NCBI GenBank assembly: GCA_020536535.1
Contig: JAHLWZ010000825.1
Coordinates: 37,461-101,460, forward strand
Direction of reading: 5' to 3'
Source: Pelomyxa schiedti
Taxonomy: Eukaryota; Protista; Evosea
DNA length: 64,000 nucleotides
The notes below the pieces were generated by a model. It did not search any database, had not been told where the DNA came from, and saw nothing but the letters and a program-made list of their open reading frames with translations. Every line of letters starts with the position of its first letter. The first letter of the stretch is position 1. Positions 11,643-22,636 of the stretch are shown one piece after another. The translations under genes and the position numbers were made by a program.

Positions 11643-12635
11643 ATGGCATCGAAAGCAATTAAACTGGTCATGCTTGGAGGCTGCGGTGTCGGAAAAAGTG
11701 CGTGTTGTTATTTTTTCTTTCGGTTTTGTTGTTGTCAACACTGACCTCACCCACAGGTGCTATAACGATCAGGTTGGTTTGTTGTTTTTTGTTGTGTTGT
11801 TTACGTATTTATTGCGACCAGGTTCGTCCAAGATCGCTTCGAAACTGATTATACACCAGTATCCTAATTCGATCCTCCTTTTTTGTACTAACTCTTCACC
11901 ACTTCCACTTTGTTGTGCCCCCATAAACAAGTCTATAGAGGTATTCCATTCAGAATTGTTATTTTTTCTTAAAATAGCCCATAGAATTCCTTCCAGCGGA
12001 CCCTTGCTGTTGATGGTTCCAACCATCTTCTTGAAATTTTAGACACTGCCGGAACAGAACAATTCGTCAGTAATGTTCTACATATCATTGAAACGTTTGC
12101 TAATATATATTATAATAACAGCTATGCGAGAGTTATACATTAGAACTGGACAAGGGTAGGCATAACAACACAAAATTACCTCACTTTTCTCATTAACTCA
12201 ACCCAAACCTCTGCACAAATACCTCAGGTTTATACTTGTGTACGCCATAAACCTTAAGCCATCATTTCTTGCCTTGACGGACATCATCAACCAAATTAAG
12301 ACACAGAAACCAAAAGATGAAGATCGCCATTTGATGATAGTCGGAAATAAATGCGACCTCGAGGATAGAGTCATTCCAACATCTGTATGAGGATTCATGT
12401 AAATTGTTTTGTTTAAAAACTAAAACAGGATGGTGAAGCGCTAGCCAAAGCCAATAACGCAAGATTTTTGTATGTACCAAAACTTTTTTTTTTTACATAG
12501 CGCAATAACAAGCTATTTGTCAGTGAGGCCAGTGCTCGTACAAAGCATAACGTTGTGGAGGCTTTCACACAAATCGTGAGGGATATCCTTTCTCACTCAG
12601 CACCAAAAAAGAAACGGTTTTGCACATTACTGTAA
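11643..12635 (+). CDS. Ras-family small GTPase, Rap-like (about 9 exons)
   Basis: Spliced product: [37 protein letters not shown]...[30 protein letters not shown]...IVGNKCDL...EASAR...PKKKRFCTLL*. G1-G5 boxes present, Rap-type Thr at position 61, polybasic tail and CaaL box. Confidence 0.92.
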
Positions 12636-12865
12636 AACCAGCCCCATACTCCTCTGTAAAAACCAACAAAAAATCCTTCTTTTCTGTACACCCGGGCCTT
12701 TTTCTTTCTTTGGCACTGTTACCTCTTGTAATCATCACCAGCCACATAAATTGTACCTGCAAAAATAATAATTACCTGTTCCCCTACGCCGACCGATTCT
12801 TTTTAAGGGTCTTTCGGCTTCCACAACACAAAGAAAGAAAAACAAAACAAAAGAACACACATAAA

Positions 12866-13776
12866 ATGAGTTGTTGTGGCAGCAATTGTTGCACACCCCA
12901 GTCTGCAGCCCCTGCTGCACCCAAATCGAGCAGTTGTTGTGCTTCAACATCTAGCTGCTCATCATCGGCCTCGTCTTCCTCGTGCTGCGGTGCTTCAGCG
13001 TCTGGGGGTTGCTGTCCTGCAAAAAAGGCTCTCAAGATGTCACTCGTTTTTATACTCACTGGACTTGTTGGGTATAGAGGAAACTCAACCAATATTAATC
13101 GCGGTGACACCACGGCAATAACTCAAAAACAACAAATATTTGGGCGCTATTAACTCACTCAATGATAGAATGGCTACATCTTTCGTTGTGAGTCACAGGC
13201 ACGAACATATGTTTCCGGATCTTCATAGTGAGATGTTCAATACAAATATCTTCAGGCCTATGACGGACTCCCGAATGGCGTATATGTGCATACATCCATT
13301 GTATGACGCCCTCCATCACCCTGCTTTGCGATTTATTTTTTTTTTCTCGTATTTATGTTCACGTTCTAAATGTCATACTCCCATCATTTGCAGTGTAACC
13401 GCAATTATTTCTATGCTGTTGACACGCAAAGTATCTAAGCAACCCCTACACGCCACTATGTTCTGGGCCCTTCTAAACCTTCCAGGTAAATTGAAGCAAA
13501 GCTCACACATCGAGCGACATTCTCATTCCTACAATCTTTCGTTTCAGGAATGCTTATGACATACTGTTGCTTTAACCTTTCAGGAAAACTTGTTGCTTCA
13601 TGGTTCATTTCTGGCATCATTCTCATTTTCGGTAAGAATGAGCCGCCCAAACAAACAAAAACTCACTACCAAATGCAGCACAAACTGGAACTATAAGTTT
13701 GTTACGCAGCCTCTTATGTGGAGGCAACTGTGGAGGTTCATGTGGCAGTGCTCCTGAGCATCCCAAAAAGAATTAA
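12866..13776 (+). CDS. Membrane protein with Cys-rich N- and C-termini (about 5 exons)
   Basis: MSCCGSNCC...CC...CC...CC N-terminus. Hydrophobic segments SLVFILTGLVG, FRPMTDSRMAYMCIHPFVTAIISMLL, TMFWALLNLPGMLMTYCCF and LVASWFISGIILIF. Ends LCGGNCGGSCGSAPEHPKKN* (TAA 13774-13776). Confidence 0.7.
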
Positions 13777-13842
13777 ACACCAGTTGGAGGTTGTTTCAAT
13801 AAAGAAAATAATTTTTTTATTTTTTTTGCTACTTTGCTAGTC

Positions 13843-16800
13843 TCACACACTTCCACTATCTTCTTTATGCTTGTGTTTGTGTTTGTGTTCCTTCTTGTTT
13901 GCTTCCCCATTGATAGTCTCCTATTAAGCATTTTAATCAGCGTGGTTTTTTAAAAAGAAAGGAGGGTGTGGTGTTACGACTGAAATGATCGTACCAAGTA
14001 GTCTGAAAGTGCTATTGCTGCTGGAACATAGTACTCATCCGGTACTTGAATTATCTCTATCTCTCCATCTACTGGGGCACACAAATCGTCATAAAACCTA
14101 TATGGGTGGCTCAGCTTTCCTTAAAGTGAAAAAAGTCATACTTTTTGAGAAGCTTTGAGTTACTCTGTAGGAACTCATTAAACTTCATCATGAATTCTTC
14201 CTTGTTTCCAAATTCAACTCCATTGGCTAAACTCTGTAGCACCTTTGAAATGACAACCATCTGTCTTCGCAGATTTTCGGGTGGGGGTTTGGGAAGCAAC
14301 CCATAACTTGAAGTGCATGTAAATCAAAACGCATTGGTATAAGATACACACGTCTCTGGTACAAGAATTGCAGTGTTATAGAATCGAAGGAATACAAAGG
14401 CACCAAGGGATTGCATGTCATAATTAGGAATCTTGGGTTGAATCTCAGAGCGAATGTGACCACAAATCCTCTTCAGGGAAAGTGGAACGTTGTTTGCAGA
14501 ACGTGTAATTTGAACTAAGAACTTGGTGCACATTAGCTCCACGCCAATTGCGTTAAGTCCTTCATCCACATCCTCACTCATATTTAGGGGATTGACCTGA
14601 TCCAATATTATCTCCAGGAGTTAACATAAACTTACACACCTCGTAGTCAGTTGTGACAAGGGCAACAGAGGCTGATTCCCCACTTTCTTGCTCCTGGTTA
14701 AGGTTAATCGCAGGAAATTTGGGCATTGATATGTTGCGGACAAAACTGTACCTCTCTATCCATTTGCTCTTGCAGGATATTTTCAAACAAAACAGCAAGG
14801 GTTTGGAAGAGGTAAGGAAGTCCAACCATTTTGGAGTAAAACTGAGGAAGCATCAGAAACAGCGGTAGCAGTTAAAGAGAGGGCAACCTTGAAAGCCTTT
14901 GTTGCATGACTATTAGAGCGGAAAAGGGTTGTTGGGTCATCTGGGATAGACTGTAATTCCAAAGAGATTAGATGCATTATCTATGTACTGGAATGAGAAG
15001 ATAAATCTTTTTTGGAGATGGATGAATCACCATATCGGCAGCCTTGCTGTGTCGCTCATAGAAGTAGACAAGAGCTTTACAGACATTCTCTGACTCGGTT
15101 ACTCCAGTTTGAGATATGATTGTATCCGCAGTGGTCCAGACATTTTGTTCTGCCTCTTGGATCTTTTCAGTGTTAGGATTACAGTATCTATCGCAATTTG
15201 TACAAGTATTTTTTCTATCTCTGCAACTTTGAGGTTTGATGTTTCTGTGTCGTACATAGATAGCACTTGTACATCAGTGAACCTGTGATAAGGTTAGAAA
15301 AAGCCAGCTAGTGTTTCTAATCGACATTTTTTTCCACAACTCGGATGACCGCAGACGTAGTCTTGAGGCTCTTCTTTTCCTTTGTAGTACTAGACCAAAC
15401 AAAGCAATTAAAGGAAAAACGCATGCTAGGATGCCAAGGAGCCCTAAGAGCTCGAGGTGATTACTTTTGGCTAGTTCTCAGTTGGTACAAAGTGACTACT
15501 GGAAAGAAAAAGACCTTCTGAGTGACTGTCTTGTTCCTCACACGTCGGACCGTGCCAGTGGAGGAAGCATAAGCAATAGACTGTACCATTTGAGTACATT
15601 GTGCAAGAGCCCTTGTCACATTTGATGGCAGAGCACGGGCTTCGGGGCAGTCATCACATAAAAGAAAAGAAAGAGAGCACGTACTCATGTGCCGTGGAGA
15701 ATGTGGATGAGGTTGAAAGGGTATTTTCAAAACCATTGGATATAACAAGGAACCAGAGGTAAGATGTATCAGAGTTGACTTGTAGAGAAAGTGACGTTTT
15801 ATCAGGGAGAGCTGTTTCATTATGGCAAACTTCCCATGTGGAATTGGCAGTTTTGTTTACTAAGGAATTAAAGTGAAAAAAAAAAAGAAAAAAAAAAAAG
15901 AAAGAAAGTATTACCTTGATTTAGCACAATCAATTGGAAGGAATATATATAGCCACTTGTGGGTGGGCAGATGTGTCCCCAGAAAGTTGTATTGCTCCAC
16001 CGGAAATTGACCAACCCGTAGGAGACATTACTTATATTTACAGGATAAACTAGGGCGGGGGGTAACGGGAAAGAATGCTCGCAAGAAATAAAACGAAGAT
16101 AGTCTGTTGTTGACTGCATTTGATCCTAATTGAAGGTAAGATTTAGAACAAACAGGAGGATTTGAACTGTATTTGTTACTCGGACCCGCCAGAAGTATCT
16201 GTTCAAGTTTAATATCCACTTGACTTACAAACATATTATACCTGGAGTCCATTGTCCAATCAGACGTATTGAACTGGATGGAATTTGGCAGTGTACCATC
16301 ATCAATGATGGTATCAGTGGGGATTAAAGGCCAGGCAGCAGTATTGTCTGTCACAAAGAGCTTATAGGTACGAGGAACAAGAGTCTGGCATTCTGTGCCC
16401 CAATTGCTAAGAGATGTAATGAACAACTGCGTGGTAAGAGGCACAATGGCACCCTCTAAAGGAGAAGTGAGGGCAGGATAGCCCGGAAACTTAGCAATGC
16501 ACACTAGGAAACGTGAGCAAATGAGGAGATAGGGATTGAAGTACCAGAGAAGTAAAAGTGTGTTGAGGCAGCAGAGTCAAGGTCTCCATTAGACGAAGTC
16601 ATCCACCATTCATAGGATCCTTGTAAGCCATTTAGGTGAAAAGAAATAAAATGAATTTTGTACCTTCTGTGAGAGTTACACTAGTCTGTGTAACACTTAA
16701 CTCGGAAGTAAGAGACCAAGTGTTGGGTATTTTTTGTATGGTAAACGTCATTACATTTGTTTGTGCCTTGAAACAACTGAAGCCGTAGTCCGGTTCCGTC

Positions 16801-19800
16801 CAGTTGAATGAAACTGTTAGCTGAGAGAGACTGCTGCCAGAGGTAGGGAAAGATGGGATTGGGGGATCTGGGAAAATAGCTTTGCACAGATAAAACGTCC
16901 TTGTGAGAGAAAAAACCTGCAATAATGTATTGTCAAAGGCGCAGGGGGAATTGGTGACTATACTCTTTGCTCAGTGTTATTTACTTCCACATTCCAGCTC
17001 CATGTTCCCGGACTGAGGTGAACAAGGCCAGCATCGCTCTGCATTTGAGGAAAAACACTGTAACTGTTCCCCAAGGGGTATGCCGTATAGGAGGTAGTAG
17101 CGTTGAAAACGTGAAGGGTAATAAGGCATGACTTCACTTCAGGGCACGTTGTTCCACAAGACGGAGAGGTCCAAGAAAGATCAACAGATTCATTTTCATT
17201 GAAATTGACCTCCTCCCCGTCTGGCGGACTTGCAGGATTTGGTGCAGCTGGGTTCATTCTAACACACGTAGAAAATAATCCAAAAGGTGTTGGAGAAAAA
17301 ACTGCCCCATTGAAGTATGTTACACCCCAGGAATAATGTCCAGCTGAAGTGGAGAGGATGGTTGTTGGATAGGATGTAGTATTGACAGACAGGGTCTCAT
17401 TAAGAACGGTTTCTCGAGAGTTCGTGTCATAGACAGACAAAATTATGAAATTCGTGATATTGGATTCACAGTTATTTCCAAGTGCTGGTGGTCCCCAGTA
17501 AAAGTACACCTGATCGAATAGAATAACAGCTCCTTCTGATGGGTATATCAAATCTGCACTATCCACAAGAACATCTGGGACACAGTACGTGAAATTTGTT
17601 TTTGCTTTACTGGAACATGTTCCTGAAGTACAAGCTGCAACCGAAACCAAATTGGTGATCCCTGCAGATACCGTGGTTTTAAAGGAAGATGTACTAGAAT
17701 CGATAGTGTGAGGCAAGTCATTGATCACCAATAGATAGTTGGAGCTTTGGTGGCAAGCCTCCCCCCAAGAACTTGGTGGGTCCCATTCCAACATAACTGG
17801 ATTGCTCCGCAACAGACCAGACGGCGACAGATTTCGAGGCATACTTGGCTCGGTAATAGTGCATGTAGAGAAGAACTTGCTATCTGAGGTTGAATTCAAA
17901 ACCCCATTGTTCGCAATTACTCTCCAAATCCACTTTGCCGGTTGGAAGATTCCGGAAAAAGTTTTACTGGATCCCAGGTGAGTTTCTATCCATAAACTAG
18001 TGCTATCATTATGAAACTGGAGTATAAACTCTTTTAGATTTGTAGTATTGCACGTTTTTCCAAATGACTTGTAGTTGTCTCCCCATGAAAGAGAGACTTG
18101 AGTAGTGAGGAAAAAGGAGCTATTGCTTGGAGAGCTTAGTACTGGTACATCCGGTGCTGTATTATTGCACACAGGCACTATGGGTTGGCTATTGTTTGCT
18201 GTGACATTCAGGACAACAGTAGAATTAACTTGGACAGTTTGGTTCACAGGTACAGTAGTATTGACAGTAACGGTTTTGTTGACTATAACTGTTTGATTCA
18301 CAGCAACTGTCTGGTTTACAACAACAGTTTGATTGACCGTAATTGTTTTATTGACTGACACAGTTTGGTTGACACTCACAGTTTGGTTGGTGAGAGCTGT
18401 AATATTCACTGTTATCGTCTTGTTGACTGGAACAGTTACATTTACCGTAGATATCTCTGTAACAGTGCAATTGATATCTACTGTGGTATTTGCAACACAA
18501 AAAACTGTCACAGAAGAGCCTGAACTGCAATTGACTGTTTTTGTGCCGTTGGACGTGCAGTTTATGTGAAGTGTTTCATTCACATACACTGTAGTGATAT
18601 TCTTTGTCAGAGTTGTATTGACAGTAACTGTTTGATTGACAGATACTGTGGCGTTAACTGCAATTGTCTGGTTCACCACTTGTGTTTGGTTCACTACCTG
18701 AGTCTTATTTACAGAAATAGTTTGATTCACGTTGACAGTCTGGTTGACTACATGTGTTTCATTAACAATAACAGTTTGATTTGTAGTCACAGTTTGATTG
18801 ACAATAACTGTTTGGTTGACTGTTACAGTAACTGTGGAATTGGCTATGGGCGCAACATACAGCCTTTCTACTGTCGAGAAGCTGCTGCGGCTACTGAAGC
18901 CATTGCCGATAAGCACATACCACTCTGCCACTCCAACATTGAGTGTTACCACTAAGGAACCATTGGTCGAGGCATTTTGTAGTGCCACAGTGCCATTAAA
19001 GAAAACAGTGATATTACACAGGGTAGTACCACAGGCTTCCCCACAAGAGGTAATTGTCCACTGTAAAGAAACATTACTTTCTTTTGTTTGGAAAGAAGAG
19101 TCAGGCAGAAGTGTTGGGTAGTCTGGTGCTGACTGTTGACAGATACTGACGGTTTGCATTGGTGACACGGGGTTGTGAATTGAATTTTGCACACTCAGAG
19201 CCCAGTAAAGAGTACCAGTAGACAAGCCCGTGGGGAAATAGGAAGTGGTGCTGAAGTTAGAAATAGAGTGCCAAATAGAGGAGTCATTATATGAGCTGAG
19301 ATCATTGGAGTACCACAAAAGTAGAGCTTGAGGTTTTCCAGTTTCACAATTAAAACCAAAATCCACCTTTTGCCAGTACAGTGTCGTAAGGCCTAGAATG
19401 TATATCTGTCCAGTGAGTGGAGATACCAGAGTGGGTGATAACTCAGGTTGGCAAATACAGACGGTGAAGTGCCGTACTTCTGTGGATTTTGCTAGCACTG
19501 TATTATTGGCTACCACCCACCAGGTGTAATTTCCTTGCCCAAGTGCTAAAGATACCTTGTTGTCAACAGTTCTTGTGACGAATTGGCCATCAATATACAG
19601 TGTGTAAGTACCATCTAATTGCATTTAAAGAGTTGTTTAGAGAGAGAGAGATTTACTTGTTCCTGGACAACTTTTTCCCATATTCGTTTTCATCCAAGAC
19701 AAGGTGATATTAGTCCTTGTGGCGTCTTTCACAGAGTACAACATGTTGTCTATTGGTAAATCCAATGTAAAGTCCCAAGGAGCTGTTGGGGTACAGAAAG

Positions 19801-21974
19801 TCATGACCCAACTTTGTGAAGACTTTGTGAAGTTCATATTATTGGCACTGATGTACCAATTATAGTCACCATCAGGAAGTGTCACATTATGCCTGTACCA
19901 TGGAACCCGAATTTGTGTGGCCACTTTAGTTGGTGAAGCTGCCGTCGAGTACAGGTACACATCGAAGTAGTGATCGTTTGGCACATTGAGATTAAAACCT
20001 TTTCCTTTTTTTTAACAAAAAGGGGGTGGGGTAGCATATTCCGTGTTTACCTGATTGCTTGCATAAAAAATATTTGGTATTTTCACATGCAGTAACATTC
20101 CAAGGAACTGCATTTGCTGTAGCATACACACAATCATTGGCACCGTTATTGCCAGAAGTTCCTGGGAAACCCGGGGGACTATACGTAGAACGTGATCCAT
20201 CCTGCCACACAAAAGTATTTTCCACGCTTTAAAAGCATTGGTAATGAAAGCAAAAAAAGTTTTAGGTCGAAAGATATACACGATATCATCGAGTCCAATC
20301 CAAATATTACTGCTGGTACCCCATTTTGACAGAACATATGAGGCTTCCTCACTCGACTCAAAGGAAGCCAGAGAAATGTCTGGCGAAATCGCACGACACG
20401 CAGAAGAGGCTGCGGAATAAGTTCTAGAAGGAGTGGATAGGGATGTAGAAAGCTTATAGCAAGATACAGGATATGAGGAGTTCGGCCAGCATGTCGTGAA
20501 TCCAGCTGGGGATTGATTGCCTTTTGAATGTAAACAAAGAGGCTAAATTGGAGCTGAGTTACTTGAAAATAAACCCCATTGCAATAGTGGTGGGTTTGAG
20601 GGTCGGTAAGCATTGCTGGGAGGGGATATGTGAAGTGGAGTATTTGGGTATTGTGGAGAGGTTACAACAAAAGTGAATTGGACAGACGTATTAGAAGCCT
20701 GGACATCACGTTTTGCAACTGCAGTGACATTCTTTTATCAAAAAAGTTAGATAACAGAATTGTTGAGAGTGCTCACCCATGTACAGGTGCCATCAAAGGT
20801 AAGACTGATGGTATAGGAGGTTGTATTCACATCTTTTTGTACTTTGGAAGTAGATGTACTCGACCCAATGCATGTGTAAGCCACGGTGTATGTGACTGTG
20901 GTGTCAGGACATGAACTGCCACTGGAGACTACACCCCAGGATAGTTGTGTGGCTCGAGTCTACCAAATAATTATTGGAAAAAAGGTGGTACTAGAAGTAG
21001 GACAGCTCACAAAAACAATGGCGTTATTGGAAGGGTACACCAATTGAGGGGCATTTGGAGGTGCAAGTAGGCAAAAAGTTTGTGCTGCCTCATATGGTGA
21101 AATGGCCTTTGCTGAACAGCGGTAGAAGGCATAGATTGTGTCCCACTTGTGGCCGCCCCAACAACCTGGAGCGTGGTAAGAACACGACTGAACGTTGTGA
21201 CACTGCCCCCACATGTCCCCAGTCAGAGGACCGCAATATTCTTTGTAACGTATGTAAGGAGGACAAAAAAAAAATTCAGCTGGGGAAATACTCCAGTCTG
21301 TGTGCACTGCACAGTCGGTACAACTATACCACTGTCCCCAAGCGTTCTCGAGGTCAATCATAGTGGTCCCAGCAGGACAAGCAACAGTAATGGTAGGGTT
21401 CCAGGCGTTAAGTGAACCCCAGCGCATGCAGGTCATCCTTTTGTTTGTTGGGTTGGAGAAACACGAGACAAAGGCAGTACCTCCTCATTGGCATAGGCGA
21501 AGATCTCCAGTAGTAGAAGCCTGGCCCCAAACTTTTTGCTGTACATTCGTCAGTGAAATCTTATAAGAAAGTCTAAAAAGGAATCGCACTAAGGTTGTGA
21601 GCCCCAATGGATATCGACACTGTAATACCAGACGCAACTATAGACGCAGCCGTAAAGGAACTAGTATTGCTCACTTCAATGAAGAACTGAGCCAATTTGG
21701 TCAAGTCAGTGGTGTCGTACTGGCACGCTGTAGTGAATCCCTGGTAGTTCACAGAGAATGTCACATTGGCCTTCGCCGTCCTGCTGGCCAGCACATTCGG
21801 TTTCAATATCGTGGTTTGAGTGTATCCACCACAAGAAGTGCAGTTAACGTCGCATTGTGTGGCACCTCCAGAGCAACCCCCAACTAGGAAGAAAAGAACC
21901 GCCAACGCCGCAACCGCTACCAACCGACGCAACGTTCGGATTTCCGTATGTACGGGATTCACGTTCAACGTCAT
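13843..21974 (-). CDS. Large single-pass receptor-like protein: signal peptide, SUEL-like lectin, C-type lectin, FN3-like repeats, N-glycan repeat stalk, EGF, TM and RasGAP domain
   Basis: Signal LVAVAALAVLFFLVGGCSG. CTL motifs WIGLDD...FVWQDG...NDCV...WNVTACENTKYFLCK. Many P..P.L..P...LSW...YNW FN3-like units. EGF CSAIKCDKGSC...YCLC...WHGPTC. A 44-nt intron (15471-15514) leads to TM LELLGLLGILACVFPLIALFGLVL then QRKRR. RasGAP motifs TTLFRSNSHATK, VGLPYLFQTL, FVFLRFYNTAILVPE, ISKVLQSLANG. Stop TGA 13843-13845. Junctions from ~15915 to ~14200 were checked in frame by hand; several ectodomain junctions were not. Confidence 0.82.
18185..18845 (-). repeat. Coding hexapeptide repeat (V-N-x-T-V-x)n, about 35 N-glycosylation sequons
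   Basis: NQTVIV NQTVTT NQTVIV NETHVV...NQTVSV NKTITV NQTVVV, an 18-nt periodicity within ORF 16958-19624. Confidence 0.9.
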
Positions 21975-22636
21975 GGTGAGCTTGGCCGGTCGTGTGTTTG
22001 GCTTCGATGGCGCGTTTTGGCTTTTGTTTTGTCGGGGTCTTTCGTGGATGTTTTGTTGGTTTTCCGATTATCTGAATCTTCTTCCCCAGATCTATCAACT
22101 TTAACCCAAATCAACGAACAAGTCGGTTATCAAAGACCTGCTTTTCGAGATTGTCACAGTGCTTCACAAAAAAGGTATTCAAGTAGAAGTTGTACCGGGA
22201 GCAGTGCTGTAAAAAACCCGACCATCGGGGATTTTCCCCGATGGGAGGTTTTTGGGAGGGGAGGGGAGAATTCGGGGAGAATGATTCCCTCAGTCTTTTT
22301 GATCATCAATCCCCAGTCTGCCCGTTTCTCAGCACTGACTTCTTATCAAAAGAATCAAGAACAATTTCGGGAACGATCAAACGGCTGAGTCAGACAGAGC
22401 CTGGTAGTAGATCTCCCAAATCACTCCCAAAATTCTCCCAAACCCTCCCATCGGGGAACTCTCCCAAAACACTCCCCGGGGGCATTTCCCAAATGGGAGA
22501 AAACAGCACTGGACCGGGAGTGCGTGAGGATCACTCTCATCATCAGAAACTCCCAGTGGAGAGCAGCGTGCGACATTTGAATCACCGAAAGCATTGGTTC
22601 TCTTCCTTCTCACAGAAAATTCACATTCGTGGAACA

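Noticed and set aside
11859-11931. GTATCCT donors resembling U12-type introns (also near 25360 and 53973)
   Set aside because: They do not match the full GTATCCTTT consensus, the Ras intron has a U2-type TACTAAC branch site, and the REV1 GT donor gives the wrong frame.
15461-15820. ORF-track 119-aa ORF MKQLSLIK...
   Set aside because: Wrong frame. The overlapping frame encodes the FN3 end and EGF domain and splices consistently to the TM exon.
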